DNA of 64,000 bases from Gemmatimonadota bacterium (GTDB lineage: Bacteria > Gemmatimonadota > Gemmatimonadetes > Longimicrobiales > Gaopeijiaceae): NCBI GenBank assembly GCA_034521595.1, contig JAXHMG010000003.1, positions 608,001 to 672,000 on the forward strand. The letters run 5' to 3'. Shown in pieces: positions 52,313 to 63,047 of the stretch. Every line of letters begins with the position of its first letter. Positions within the stretch are counted from its first letter, which is position 1. The position numbers and the translations under genes were made by a program. The notes below the pieces were generated by a model, which was not told the origin of the DNA, ran no database searches, and worked only from the letters and a program-made list of their open reading frames with translations.

Positions 52313-54495
52313 CGCCCGGGAATCCTGAAGCGCCGATTCGAACGGTCGCAGAATTCGGTCGGCTCCGTTCCCGGCACGTAGTATTCCAGGTACTGATGTT
52401 CTTCGTCGCACCACCTCGAAGCGAGCTGTCCCGTTTCCCGGTCCACCAGCACGGCGTTCAGCCCGTCGGGCATCGGCCAGGGCTCCGGGGTAGGGAGCAG
52501 TGGCGAGAAGCCTTCGGCCCCGGCATCGGCATCGGTTTCCATCCCTTCGTAAACACGCCGCATGAACGCGCCCCAAACGGGTGCTGCGAGCCCGCCACCC
52601 GTGGCTTCCCGGGTGCCTCCTTCCTGGCGGAAGATGGGGGCCGGTTCGTCCATGCCGAACCACACGGACGCCACGAGGTTCGGCGTGAAGCCCATGAACC
52701 AGACGTCCGTCCCTTCGTTCGTCGTGCCCGTCTTCCCGGCCGCCGGGACGTCGCGGGAGAGGCCGGCACGCACCCGGACCGCGTTGTGTGCGGTGCCGCG
52801 GACGACCACGTCTTCGAGCATCGACACCATGATCCGAGAGGATAGGCTGTCCAACACCTCGGTCCGTTCGGGTTGGGGTTCCCAGATGACGTTGCCGTTC
52901 CGGTCTTCCACGCGGAGGATGGGGAACGGGCGCACCTTCGTTCCGAGATTCGGAAAGGTCGCGTAAGCCTCCGTCATCTGGAGGGGGATGACCGACGAGG
53001 CTCCGATGGTCGTCGAGGGGAGGCGTCCGATCTCGGTTTGGATCCCCATCCGCCGGGCCGTCTGCGCGACGGACTCGATCCCGACTTCCTCCCAGCCCAG
53101 CTTGATGGCGATCATGTTCTTGGACCGGTAGAGGCCCTCCCGGATGGTCATCGGCCCCTCGAACTCCTGGGTGAAGTTCGAGGGACGCCAATCTTCTCCC
53201 TCGAGCTGGGGATACACGACCGGTCCGTCGACCACGACGTGCGAAGCAGGGATGCCGCTTGCGATCGCGGCGGTGTACACGAAGGGCTTGAACGCGGATC
53301 CCGCCTGCCTGCGCGCCTGCCGAGCACGGTCGAACCGCGAATGCTCGAAGTCTCGCCCTCCGATCAACGCACGCACATGGCCGGTCTCGGGGTCCATGGC
53401 GATGAACGACCCCTGGAGGTAGGGCGTCGAGCTCGGGAACGACGAAACGGTGTCGAACTCGGCATAGTGCGGGTGCTGAAAGTTGGTCGAGTCCGCCTCG
53501 ATCGCTGCCCACCCCTCGTCCATGGTCCGCCGGGCGGCGCGCTGCATTTCGACGTCCAGGGTGGTATGGACCCGGAAGCCGTTCCGGTAGATGGCATCAC
53601 CGAAGCGGGAGTCGAGGATCTGGCGCACCCATTCTTCGAAGTACGGTGCAACGGTTCCGGTCGTGCCTTCGGGTTCCTCGGTCGGGAGGGGCCAGTCCTT
53701 CCAACGTTCCGCTTCCTCCGGTGTGAGGTACTCCTCGTCGGCCATTCTCGTCAGGACCAGGTCCCGTCGGCTCTTGGCCCTTTCGGGATAACGGAACGGG
53801 TTGTATCGGGCGGGGACGTTCAGGATGGCCGCGAGAAGCGCCGCTTCGGCCACGTTGACGTCGGCGAGGTTCTTACCGAAGTAGTTGCGGGCCGCGTTCT
53901 GAAATCCGTACCCGCGGCCCATGTACACTTCGTTCAGATATCCTTCGAGGATCTGGTCCTTGGTATAGGCTTGTTCCAGGTCGAGCGCGACCTGCAGCTC
54001 ACGGAGCTTGCGGAGGTATCGGCGCTCGAACCCGATCTCGTCGAACATGTTGCGGGCGAGCTGTTGGGTGATGGTGCCCCCTCCGAGATTCCGGAACGTC
54101 AGGACGCCGAAGGCCGCTCGAGCGATCCCACGCGGATCGAAGCCACCGTGGTCGTAGAAGCGTGCATCCTCGATCGCGATGACGGCTTGCGGGACGTAGT
54201 CCGGCAAGGCGTGTATCGACACGGGTGTGCGACGTTCGAAGCCGAGTTGTCCCAGCGCTCGGCCGTCGTGCGCGAACAGCTTCGTGGTCTGCTCGTGCTC
54301 GAAGGTCTGGATCTGAGCGATCGACGGGCAGGCGTCCCCCGCGCACAGGTTGAGCCAGCTACCCCAAGCGCCCCCGATGACGAGCGCGACGGCGAACGCG
54401 CCGCCCATGGCCCACGACCGGGGCTCCAACAGCGCACGCATCCATTGACGCGTCGTGTTCTCGCTGTGGCTCGTTCTCGGTCGGGCTCTTGCCAT
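52309..54495 (-). CDS. class A penicillin-binding protein (PBP1A family)
   Basis: EDARFYDH, TITQQLARN, GSAFKP (SxxK), SKN, KTGT; start placed at ATG 54495, downstream of the sigma-54 site. Confidence 0.95.
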
Positions 54496-54558
54496 GGATC
54501 GTGCAACACTCCGCTTCGTCGTGATCGGTGGGGTGTGGTCCGCTGCCGATGGTAGCGG

Positions 54559-54575
54559 TGCAAACCCGGTGCCAA
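54559..54575 (-). promoter_or_regulatory. sigma-54 (-24/-12) promoter of the PBP1A gene
   Basis: Minus strand TTGGCACCGGGTTTGCA, a full match to TGGCAC-N5-TTGCA. Confidence 0.75.
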
Positions 54576-54687
54576 GGCTATTATCCACGTGAAGCTAGCA
54601 GGGGTTCCATAGCGGCTTCAACGATGCTTGACCCGATCGTGTGCTCCAGCGAACCTCACCTTCACCCACGATACGCAGGAGAAATGA

Positions 54688-55956
54688 ATGAAGGTGCGCC
54701 AAGGTACCCTTCGTCTCCGACGCCTGTTTGCGCCGGTGCGCACCGGCGTCGCAGGGGCCATGTCTTTCGCATTGCTCACGGGCCTGGTGGCCTGCGGTGG
54801 TGGTGCCCAGGAGCCTTTCGACGGGGCCGTCGTGTCATCGGATCCGGAGCTCCGACGCCTCGCCGGTGAGCTATTGCCGGACGTCGCCGAGCGTGCCGGG
54901 CTCGAGTTGCGGGAGCCGGTCCGCGTCGAGAGGCGGACGCGTGGGGAGCTCGAAGGATATCTGCGGGCCAAGCTGGACGAAGAGCTGCCTCCGGATGAGG
55001 CACAGGCAACAGGGCGGGCCTATGCGATGTTGGGCCTCGTCGAGGAGGACCTGGATCTTCGGGCCCTTCTGCTGGATCTGTACACGGAGCAGGTGGCGGG
55101 GTTTTACGAGCCCGATTCGACCGCGCTCTTCGTGATGGACGACCAACCGCCGGACGCGCTGGAGGCCTTGCTCCTCCATGAGTTGGTGCACGCGGTCCAG
55201 GACCAGACCGTGGACCTGGACGAGCTCACGGACGGAGATCTCGGGAACGACCGGGCAGCGGCGGCGCACGCCGCCATCGAAGGACACGCGACCCTCGTGA
55301 TGCTCGAGTTCATGATGGAGCGGATGACGGGGCGAGCGGTCGACTTGGCGGAGGTTCCCGACTTCGGTGAGCAACTCCTCCCGGCCATAAGGGGAATGCA
55401 GGATCAGTTCCCGGCTCTGGGGAGCGCGCCCGAGGTCATCCAGCGGTCGTTGCTCTTCCCGTATACTCAGGGTGCCGGCTTCGTGCAGCACCTCTGGGCG
55501 TCGGAGGGGCGCGTTCCACCGTTCGGGTCCCGGCTTCCCACCTCGACCGAGCAGGTGTTGGAGCGTGATCTGGACGACGCGCCGGTCGAGGTGACGATCG
55601 ACGTGGAGGGAGGCACGGTCCTCCATGACGGCGTGCTGGGCCGTCTCGAGGTTGGGATTCTCGTCGAGACCCATCTGGGATCGGAGGCGTCCGAGCTGGC
55701 CCATGGATGGGGTGGGGATCGCTATGTGCTCGTCGACGTGCCCGGGAGCGACGATCCCGTCCTCGTGTGGGCCGTAGCCTGGGACAGTGAGGCGGCCCGG
55801 GATCGTTTCCTCACCGGGTTCAATCCCGTGCGCGACCACCTCGGGCCGGGAGCTCGGCTCGAAGCGACCGCGGTATCGGAGCAGCCCGCGGTGCTCCTCG
55901 TCGTCGGGGACGCGTCGTCGCTCGACGTGAGCCTGCGGATCCAGAGCGAGCGGTGA
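54688..55956 (+). CDS. lipoprotein, putative zinc metalloprotease (HExxH...E)
   Basis: Lipobox GLVAC; VAGFY, HELVHAVQDQ, AIEGHAT, FPYTQG. Confidence 0.75.
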   Translation: MKVRQGTLRLRRLFAPVRTGVAGAMSFALLTGLVACGGGAQEPFDGAVVSSDPELRRLAGELLPDVAERAGLELREPVRVERRTRGELEGYLRAKLDEELPPDEAQATGRAYAMLGLVEEDLDLRALLLDLYTEQVAGFYEPDSTALFVMDDQPPDALEALLLHELVHAVQDQTVDLDELTDGDLGNDRAAAAHAAIEGHATLVMLEFMMERMTGRAVDLAEVPDFGEQLLPAIRGMQDQFPALGSAPEVIQRSLLFPYTQGAGFVQHLWASEGRVPPFGSRLPTSTEQVLERDLDDAPVEVTIDVEGGTVLHDGVLGRLEVGILVETHLGSEASELAHGWGGDRYVLVDVPGSDDPVLVWAVAWDSEAARDRFLTGFNPVRDHLGPGARLEATAVSEQPAVLLVVGDASSLDVSLRIQSER

Positions 55957-57062
55957 TGAGGCCCAATGCGTTCCGAGTCGTTCGGGTCTCGGCCGGGGCG
56001 GGAGGGTACGACGTGGTCGTGGGCCAGGGGGCGGTCGAGGAGCTCCCCGATCTACTCGCCGAGCACGCGCCCGCGTACCGGTACGCGGTCGTGTCGGACA
56101 GCCGGGTGGCCGCCCTCCATGGAGAGCGCATCCGCGCTCGCTGTGCCGAGTCCGGGCTCCGGGTGGATCTGTTCTCGTTCCCTGAAGGTGAAGCCTCCAA
56201 GACGCGAGGGCAGTGGATCGAGCTGACCGACACCCTGCTGGAGGCCGGGTGTGGACGGGATACGGTCGTGGTCGCCGTGGGGGGAGGGGTCACGACCGAC
56301 CTGGGAGGGTTCGTGGCGGCCACGTTCCTGCGCGGCGTGCCGGTCGTTCAGGTTCCGACGAGCTATCTCGCCATGATCGATGCCTCGGTAGGGGGGAAGA
56401 CCGGGGTGGACGTGCCGGCGGGAAAAAACCTGGTCGGGGCGTTCCACCCTCCCTCTCTGGTGGTCGCGGACCCGGATGTCCTGGCGACGCTGCCCCGGGA
56501 AGAACGCGCGCAGGGCCTCGTTGAGGCGTTGAAGCACGGTGCGGTGCTGGACGCGGCGTATTTCGAGCGGCTCGAGCAGCTGATGCCCCAGCTGCTCGAG
56601 AGCGATCCGGCAGTGGCGGGCGAGGCCGTCGGGCGTTCCGTGGAGCTGAAGGCGGCGGTCGTGGAAGCGGACGAGCGTGAGGGTGGGTACCGACAGGTCC
56701 TCAACTTCGGTCACACCCTCGGTCACGCCCTGGAAGCGGCCTCCGACTATGAGGTCGGTCACGGTACCGCCGTCGCTGAAGGAATGTTGCTGGAAGCGGA
56801 GGTGGGCGAACGTATCGGAGTAACGGAGGATGGCACGCGCGAGCATCTCGAGGCGGGCCTGGGCGCGCTCGGGCTCCCGCCGCTCCCACGGCTCGACCCG
56901 GAGCGCGTTCAGCGCTACCTGTTGACGGACAAGAAGGCTCGTGACGGGCAACCGAGGTACGTGCTTCTCGGGCGCATCGGCGTGCCGCATCCGGGGGAGG
57001 GCTGGAGCCGTGCCGTTCCCACCGAGTTGGTGAGCGAGGTGCTCGCGACCCGGCTCGGGTAA
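55953..57062 (+). CDS. aroB: 3-dehydroquinate synthase
   Basis: GGGVTTDLGGF, DASVGGKTG, KNLVGAFH, LNFGHTLGHALE. Confidence 0.96.
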   Translation: MMRPNAFRVVRVSAGAGGYDVVVGQGAVEELPDLLAEHAPAYRYAVVSDSRVAALHGERIRARCAESGLRVDLFSFPEGEASKTRGQWIELTDTLLEAGCGRDTVVVAVGGGVTTDLGGFVAATFLRGVPVVQVPTSYLAMIDASVGGKTGVDVPAGKNLVGAFHPPSLVVADPDVLATLPREERAQGLVEALKHGAVLDAAYFERLEQLMPQLLESDPAVAGEAVGRSVELKAAVVEADEREGGYRQVLNFGHTLGHALEAASDYEVGHGTAVAEGMLLEAEVGERIGVTEDGTREHLEAGLGALGLPPLPRLDPERVQRYLLTDKKARDGQPRYVLLGRIGVPHPGEGWSRAVPTELVSEVLATRLG

Positions 57063-57148
57063 GGGGACGGAGGCCGGGTTCGCATTGGCGGGTCCGGCCG
57101 GCCGGTCCTATCTTTGCCCTTTGCCCACGAACGCTGGCCGGAGGTGCT

Positions 57149-58750
57149 ATGGCGCTCAGCGAGCGCATCCGCGGTTCCACCCTCGCGTCCGTCCTCGGTC
57201 GAAGCGCGACCACCGACCCGGGGCGCACGTATCTTCACTTCAAGGACCAGGCGTTTTCGGTCGGGCGCATCGAGTCCGACGCGGAGTCGCTCGCGGCGGC
57301 CCTGGCCAACCTCGGAATTCAGGCGGGGGATCGCATCGCACTGATCTTGCCGCCACGTCCGGAGTTCGCGGTGGCCATGTTCGCGGCGGCAAAGCTCGGC
57401 GCGGTGGCGGTGCCCTTGAACCCGCGGGCGTCCACGGTCGACCTCCAGTACACATTGCGGCAGTCTGGCGCATCATGCGCCGTGACCATAGAGCGAGCCT
57501 TCGGACTGGACTATCTCGAGATCTTCGAAGATCTCATGCCCCAGCTTCCGGAGCTGCAGTACGTGGTGACGGTGGGCGAGGAGGACCTCTGGTACGACGA
57601 CAGGATCTTCCAGTACGAGGACCTGATCTCGGCGGGTGCGGGCCGCGACTACGAGCCGGTGGACGAGCCGCGGGCTCGGGCGCGGGATACCTTCGCGCTC
57701 GTCTACACCTCGGGAACCATGGGGAAGCCGAAGGGGGTGGAGCTGTCGCACGAGAACCTGCTCTCCGCCGCCGCCGGCACCGCCGAGGGCCTCGGACTGG
57801 CCCGTGAGGACAAGGTGCTCGGTGTCTCGGCCCTGTTCCACGTGTTCGGGTTAGGACCGGGCCTGCTCTCGACTCTCCTCGCGGGCGCGTCGCTGGTGCT
57901 CCAGGAGGATGGCGATCCGGGCGCCACGCTCGACGACGTGGAGCGCTTCGCTGCCACCGTGCATTACGGCATTCCGACCCTCTTCGTGGCCGAGATCGAG
58001 GAGCAAAGGCTGCGGCCGCGGGACCTGTCCTCGTTGCGCCTGGCACTCATGGCGGGCGCTCCCGTGGGGGACGAGCTCGTGGACGCCCTCGAGGAAACCT
58101 TCGGCGTCACGGTGCTGACGGCCTACACCATGACGGAAGCCGCATCGACGGTGACCATGACGGTTCCGGGCGATCCGGAAGACAAGCGCCGCTTCACCGT
58201 CGGCAAGGCCTTGGCGGGGACCGAAGTCCGGATCTTGGGGCCGGACGAAGGGGATTTGCCGGTGGAGAGCGTCGGGGAGATCCGGATCAAGGGACCGGGG
58301 GTGATGCGAGGGTACTATCGTCAGCCGCGCGAGACGGCCACGGTCTACGACGACGAAGGATACTTGCTCAGCGGGGACCTCGGGATTCTCGACGAGGACG
58401 GGTATCTCCATTTGGTCGGGCGCAGCAAGGACGTTATCATTCGCTCCAGTTTCAATGTGTATCCGCGGGAAGTGGAGGCTCGGATCGAGTCGCACCCTGC
58501 GGTCAGGGAGGTAGCGGTCCTCGGGGTCGCCGACTCCTTGCTCGGCGAAGCTATTTGTGCCTGCATCGTGCCCGTGGAGGGCGCGATCGTCTCGGAGCCC
58601 GAAATCCTCGACTGGTGTCGCGAAACACTCGCTGAAGCCAGAGTCCCGGATTTCGTGCAGTTTTGGGACGAGCTTCCCCGTACGGATACGGGTAAGCTGC
58701 GAAGGGGTGACCTGACTCGCCGGATCAACACGGAGCGTCAGTCGTCCTGA
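57149..58750 (+). CDS. AMP-dependent acyl-CoA synthetase (long-chain fatty acid-CoA ligase-like)
   Basis: YTSGTMGKPKG, YTMTE, SGDLG, GRSKDVII, PRTDTGK. Confidence 0.92.
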   Translation: MALSERIRGSTLASVLGRSATTDPGRTYLHFKDQAFSVGRIESDAESLAAALANLGIQAGDRIALILPPRPEFAVAMFAAAKLGAVAVPLNPRASTVDLQYTLRQSGASCAVTIERAFGLDYLEIFEDLMPQLPELQYVVTVGEEDLWYDDRIFQYEDLISAGAGRDYEPVDEPRARARDTFALVYTSGTMGKPKGVELSHENLLSAAAGTAEGLGLAREDKVLGVSALFHVFGLGPGLLSTLLAGASLVLQEDGDPGATLDDVERFAATVHYGIPTLFVAEIEEQRLRPRDLSSLRLALMAGAPVGDELVDALEETFGVTVLTAYTMTEAASTVTMTVPGDPEDKRRFTVGKALAGTEVRILGPDEGDLPVESVGEIRIKGPGVMRGYYRQPRETATVYDDEGYLLSGDLGILDEDGYLHLVGRSKDVIIRSSFNVYPREVEARIESHPAVREVAVLGVADSLLGEAICACIVPVEGAIVSEPEILDWCRETLAEARVPDFVQFWDELPRTDTGKLRRGDLTRRINTERQSS

Positions 58751-58848
58751 ACCTGGGGCCGCCGCGCTCGTGGTGAGCGCGCCGAAGGGCTTCCCCGACC
58801 CGGGCCGTGATCGAAACGGACGTGGTGCGGGTGGGGAGGTCTCGCGGC

Positions 58849-60870
58849 ATGAACCATGTCTACGAGACGAAAACATCTATGATTACACCGTACACGACGG
58901 CCCCCCACCAAGGGGGATCCGCCTTCTCCGGGGCGTCCGCCACGCCTCACGCCGCGCTGCTCATCGACTTCGACAACGTCACGATGGGAATGCGCAGCGA
59001 CCTGTCCAAGGAGATCAAGACGCTCTTGGGCTCCGACGTCATCAAGGGCAAGGTCAGTGTGCAGCGGGCGTATGCCGATTGGCGGCGCTATCCACAGTAT
59101 ATCGTGCCCCTTTCCGAGGCCTCGGTCGACCTGATCTTTGCTCCGGCATACGGGAGCAACAAGAAGAACGCGACCGACATACGCATGGCGATCGACGCCC
59201 TCGAGCTCATCTTCATTCGCCCGGAGATCGGCACGTACATCCTGCTTACGGGTGACTCCGACTTCTCGAGCTTGGTGCTCAAGCTCAAGGAGTACGGCAA
59301 GTACGTCATCGGGGTCGGGATCCAGGAGTCGAGCTCGGACATCCTCGTGCAGAACTGTGACGAATACTATTCGTACACCAGCCTGACGGGCCTCACGAAG
59401 ACGACCGACGTGCCTCAGGGCACGAGCGATCCGTGGGTGCTCGTCAAGGACGCGGTGACGAAGATGGTCCAGCGTGACGACGTCATGCGCTCCGACCGCC
59501 TGAAGCAGGTGATGCAGGAGATCGATTCGAGTTTCGACGAGGGCGCGCTCGGCTTCAGCAAGTTCAGCAAGTTCCTCTCCGAAGCGTCCTCTCGCGGGCT
59601 CGTTAAGCTGCGAAAGCTCGAGAACGGTCAGTACGAGATCGACGCGCCGAAGGGAAAGGGGGGACGCAACGGCGGTGGAGACTCGGATGGAGGTCGGAGT
59701 CGTCGAGACCGGAAGCCCCGAGGCGGAAGCGGACGGCGTGAGCGGCAGGACCGGGACGACGATCGTGCCACCCGAGGACGTGGTTCCGACGCGGGCGAGG
59801 ACGGATCCGCCGGACGCCAAGAGCAAGCGGCCGAGGCGCCCGCCTCGAACGAACAGGCGGTGAGCGAAGCGATCGACGTGCTGACCGGGACGCTGGAGCG
59901 ACTCAGCCGGGACGGGCGGGAGTCGGTTCGGGATTCCGACGTCAAGCGGAAGATCCTCGAGACTCATCCCGATTTCGACGAGGCTGCGCTGGGCTTCAGC
60001 AAGTTCAGCAAGTTCCTGTCGGAAGCGGTCGATCGGGGCGCGGTCGTCATCACGCGCACCGAGAACGGATCGTCGGAGGTGGCGCTCCCGGACCGAGCGG
60101 AAGCCCGATCGGACAACGGTCCGGCCGTGACCTCCGGGGTCGGCTCCGAGGCGGGGAAGCCCGACCGGCCGACCGAGGAGCCGGACACGAGCGACGGGGA
60201 CGGGGGCGACCGTAAGCCGTCGGCCGATTCCGGCGCCGTCGGTGCCGCTGCGAGTCACGACGTAGCCCACGATGTCACAGCCCACGATCAGGATACCGGC
60301 ACGGACGTTGCGGGCGATGGAGGTCCGAAAGTCGTCGAGGTCGAGCCCCCCAAGACCGACCGTGGGCTCAAGCTGGGTCCGCGCGGCGGCTCCACCCGTC
60401 GCCGCTCCAGCACCACGGAAGATACCGTGCCCCTCTTCGAGGGACAGACGGTACCGTCGCCTTCCGCCGGCAAATCCGAGCAGGACCGATCATCCCGGGC
60501 GTCTCCGGCTCCGGAGCGCCAGGAACGTCCGAAGCAAGCCGACGTCCAGCGGAGTGAGCCGGAGAGTTCCGACGCACCGACGGGAGAAGGCGTCGACTTG
60601 AAGGGGCTCGGTCTGCCGACGGATCCGGACGCGATCGTGCGTTACATGACTCACCGGTACAAGGGTGTGGGCGAGAAGACGGCCGAGACGCTCGTGGACC
60701 GGTTCGGGACCGACGTCTTCACGGTGCTTCGGGACGAGCCCGACCGCATCCGTGACGCGGTTCCGGCCCGCCGCGGCGAGCAGGTGCTCGAGGCCTGGAC
60801 TGTCGACTACGAACGGCGTACCGGCCAAGCCGCTTCTCGTGGTGGATCGGGCGGGTCCCACCAGGACTGA
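58849..60870 (+). CDS. NYN (LabA/DUF88) domain protein with two OST-HTH/LOTUS domains and a C-terminal HhH domain
   Basis: IDFDN, AYADW, KNATDIRMAIDA, TGDSDF; FDExALGFSKFSKFLSEA twice; YKGVGEKTAETLVDRFG; RBS GGAGGT before ATG 58849. Confidence 0.85.
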   Translation: MNHVYETKTSMITPYTTAPHQGGSAFSGASATPHAALLIDFDNVTMGMRSDLSKEIKTLLGSDVIKGKVSVQRAYADWRRYPQYIVPLSEASVDLIFAPAYGSNKKNATDIRMAIDALELIFIRPEIGTYILLTGDSDFSSLVLKLKEYGKYVIGVGIQESSSDILVQNCDEYYSYTSLTGLTKTTDVPQGTSDPWVLVKDAVTKMVQRDDVMRSDRLKQVMQEIDSSFDEGALGFSKFSKFLSEASSRGLVKLRKLENGQYEIDAPKGKGGRNGGGDSDGGRSRRDRKPRGGSGRRERQDRDDDRATRGRGSDAGEDGSAGRQEQAAEAPASNEQAVSEAIDVLTGTLERLSRDGRESVRDSDVKRKILETHPDFDEAALGFSKFSKFLSEAVDRGAVVITRTENGSSEVALPDRAEARSDNGPAVTSGVGSEAGKPDRPTEEPDTSDGDGGDRKPSADSGAVGAAASHDVAHDVTAHDQDTGTDVAGDGGPKVVEVEPPKTDRGLKLGPRGGSTRRRSSTTEDTVPLFEGQTVPSPSAGKSEQDRSSRASPAPERQERPKQADVQRSEPESSDAPTGEGVDLKGLGLPTDPDAIVRYMTHRYKGVGEKTAETLVDRFGTDVFTVLRDEPDRIRDAVPARRGEQVLEAWTVDYERRTGQAASRGGSGGSHQD

Positions 60871-60883
60871 CCGGGTCGACGAA

Positions 60884-61516
60884 ATGTCCGCGCCGGACGG
60901 GGTGCGGACATTTTGTACGCGTGGTCCTCTCGAGTTGGCCCGAGCGCTGCTCGGATGCCGGCTCGTTTCGACCCTGGGGGGCGTCGAGGTTTCGGGTACG
61001 ATCGTCGAGACCGAAGCCTACGGGGGACCGGAGGACCCAGCTTCACACGCCTGTACCGTGTCGGGCGTCACCGATCGAAACCGGGCGATGTTCGGGCCGG
61101 CCGGCTACGCCTACGTGTATCGCAGCTACGGCGTCCACTGGTGCCTCAACGTGGTCTCGGGTCCGGATGGAGTACCCGGAGCCGTGCTTTTACGCGGAAT
61201 CGAACCCGTTTCGGGGATCGATGTCATGCGCGGCAGACGGTCCGGCCGACGCCCCCTGTCCGCGGGACCGGGACGACTCTGTGAAGCGCTCGGTGTGACG
61301 GGCGAGCTCTACGGCCATGACCTCGGACGGCCGCCCCTCCGACTGCACCCGGGGGCGCCTGTTGCTGCCGCTCGGGTGGGGGTATCCGGACGGGTCGGCG
61401 TGCGTGAGGCGGCGGATTGGCCCCACCGGCTCTATGTTCGGGGAGCCGTCGGCGTCTCTCGCCCGGATGGTTGGGATCCCGTGGCTGCTAACTCGAAGCG
61501 GAGAACGCCGGAATGA
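60884..61516 (+). CDS. DNA-3-methyladenine glycosylase (MPG/AAG family)
   Basis: LARALLG, IVETEAY, DPASH, YVYRSYGVHWCLN, AVLLRG, GPGRLC; start ATG 60884. Confidence 0.93.
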   Translation: MSAPDGVRTFCTRGPLELARALLGCRLVSTLGGVEVSGTIVETEAYGGPEDPASHACTVSGVTDRNRAMFGPAGYAYVYRSYGVHWCLNVVSGPDGVPGAVLLRGIEPVSGIDVMRGRRSGRRPLSAGPGRLCEALGVTGELYGHDLGRPPLRLHPGAPVAAARVGVSGRVGVREAADWPHRLYVRGAVGVSRPDGWDPVAANSKRRTPE

Positions 61517-62925
61517 TCGAACCGGGCTGGATTTCGCTCCTCCCCCCCGTCCTCGCCATCGCGCTCGCCATCTGGAGCCGGCAGGTGTATCTCTCTCTCG
61601 CGGGTGGCATCTGGCTCGGGTGGACCATTCTCGAGGGATGGGATCCTTTGGTCGGGATCGCGGCGACGGTCGAGGGAATCGTGGCTGTCCTGGGGAGCGC
61701 GGGCGATGCGAGGGTGATCCTCTTCACTCTCGTGATCGGTGCGCTGATCGCGACCATCGAAGCGGCAGGCGGCTTCCGGGGCTTCGTGCACGCGCTGGAG
61801 CGGAATCGCTGGGTCGATTCGGCCCGCCGATCGCAACTGCTGGCGTGGGCGACGGGCGTCGTGATCTTCATCGAGTCGAATATCACGGTGTTGGTCGCCG
61901 GCTCGGTCGCTCGACCCCTCTTCGACCGGTATCGATGCTCACGAGAGAAGCTCGCTTATATCATCGATTCCACTTCGGCTCCCATCTGTATCCTGATCCC
62001 GATGAACGCGTGGGGGGCGTACAATTTGGGGATCCTCGAAAGCCTCGGCGTCGAGAACGCATTCGGGGTGTTCCTGAACGCGGTGGTTCTGAACTTCTAC
62101 GCGTTGGCCGCGATCCTGCTCGTGCTCGCCGTCATCGTGTGGAGCATCGACATCGGGCCGATGCGGAAAGCCGAAGAGCGAGCTCGGGGGGGAGAGGTGC
62201 TGTGGCCGGAAGCCACCCCGATGATCGACGAGGACGTGCTCTCCACTGAACCGAAAGAGGATTTCCCCGCCCGTGCCCGGAACATGGTGGTCCCCATCGC
62301 GGCGATGGTGCTCTTCATGCCGGTGGGCCTCTACATCACCGGTGACGGCTCCCTCGTCGAAGGGACGGGCTCGACCAGCGTGCTGTGGTCCGTGCTGTTC
62401 GGGCTCGCCGTCGCGTGGGTCATGCTGCTGGCTCAGCGGGGATTCAGCCAGAACGAGCTCGTGCGGCTCGCGTTGAAGGGGGGAGGGGGGTTGGTGCCGC
62501 TCGCTCTGATCCTGCTTCTCGCGCTCGCTCTGGGGAACGTCGTCGAGGAGCTCGGCACGGGTGTCTATGTTGCGCAGGTCACGGCCGGCACGATGCCGAA
62601 TGCGATCTATCTGCCGCTCGTATTCCTCGTGGCCGGGGGGATCGCCTTCTCGACCGGAACGAGCTGGGGCACGTTCGCCATCATGCTGCCGATCGCCGTG
62701 CCGGCCGCCGAGTCCATGGGGCTTCCGCTCGCCCCCTTCGTCGCGGCTTCGCTGGCCGGTGGGATCTTCGGGGACCACTGCTCTCCGATCAGCGACACGA
62801 CCATCATCTCTTCGATGGCGGCGGCGACGGACCATATCGACCACGTCCGCACGCAGCTTCCCTACGCCCTCCTGGGGGGTGGGTTCGCGACCGTGGCTTT
62901 CAGTATACTTGGAGCTTCCCTGTAG
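61513..62925 (+). CDS. NhaC family Na+/H+ antiporter-like transporter
   Basis: WISLLPP, REKLAYIIDSTSAP, FSTGTSWGTF, FGDHCSPISDTT, DHVRTQLPYA. Confidence 0.9.
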   Translation: MIEPGWISLLPPVLAIALAIWSRQVYLSLAGGIWLGWTILEGWDPLVGIAATVEGIVAVLGSAGDARVILFTLVIGALIATIEAAGGFRGFVHALERNRWVDSARRSQLLAWATGVVIFIESNITVLVAGSVARPLFDRYRCSREKLAYIIDSTSAPICILIPMNAWGAYNLGILESLGVENAFGVFLNAVVLNFYALAAILLVLAVIVWSIDIGPMRKAEERARGGEVLWPEATPMIDEDVLSTEPKEDFPARARNMVVPIAAMVLFMPVGLYITGDGSLVEGTGSTSVLWSVLFGLAVAWVMLLAQRGFSQNELVRLALKGGGGLVPLALILLLALALGNVVEELGTGVYVAQVTAGTMPNAIYLPLVFLVAGGIAFSTGTSWGTFAIMLPIAVPAAESMGLPLAPFVAASLAGGIFGDHCSPISDTTIISSMAAATDHIDHVRTQLPYALLGGGFATVAFSILGASL

Positions 62926-63047
62926 TCCTCGTAGCGGCCGGGATCCCGGGTCGAAGTGGGGGGTACGCGGGCCGGGCGTCTCTCGGGAGGCGGTATCGTG
63001 AGGACGCGTGAAGCACTGGATCTCATCAGCATATCGGAGAACAAGCG

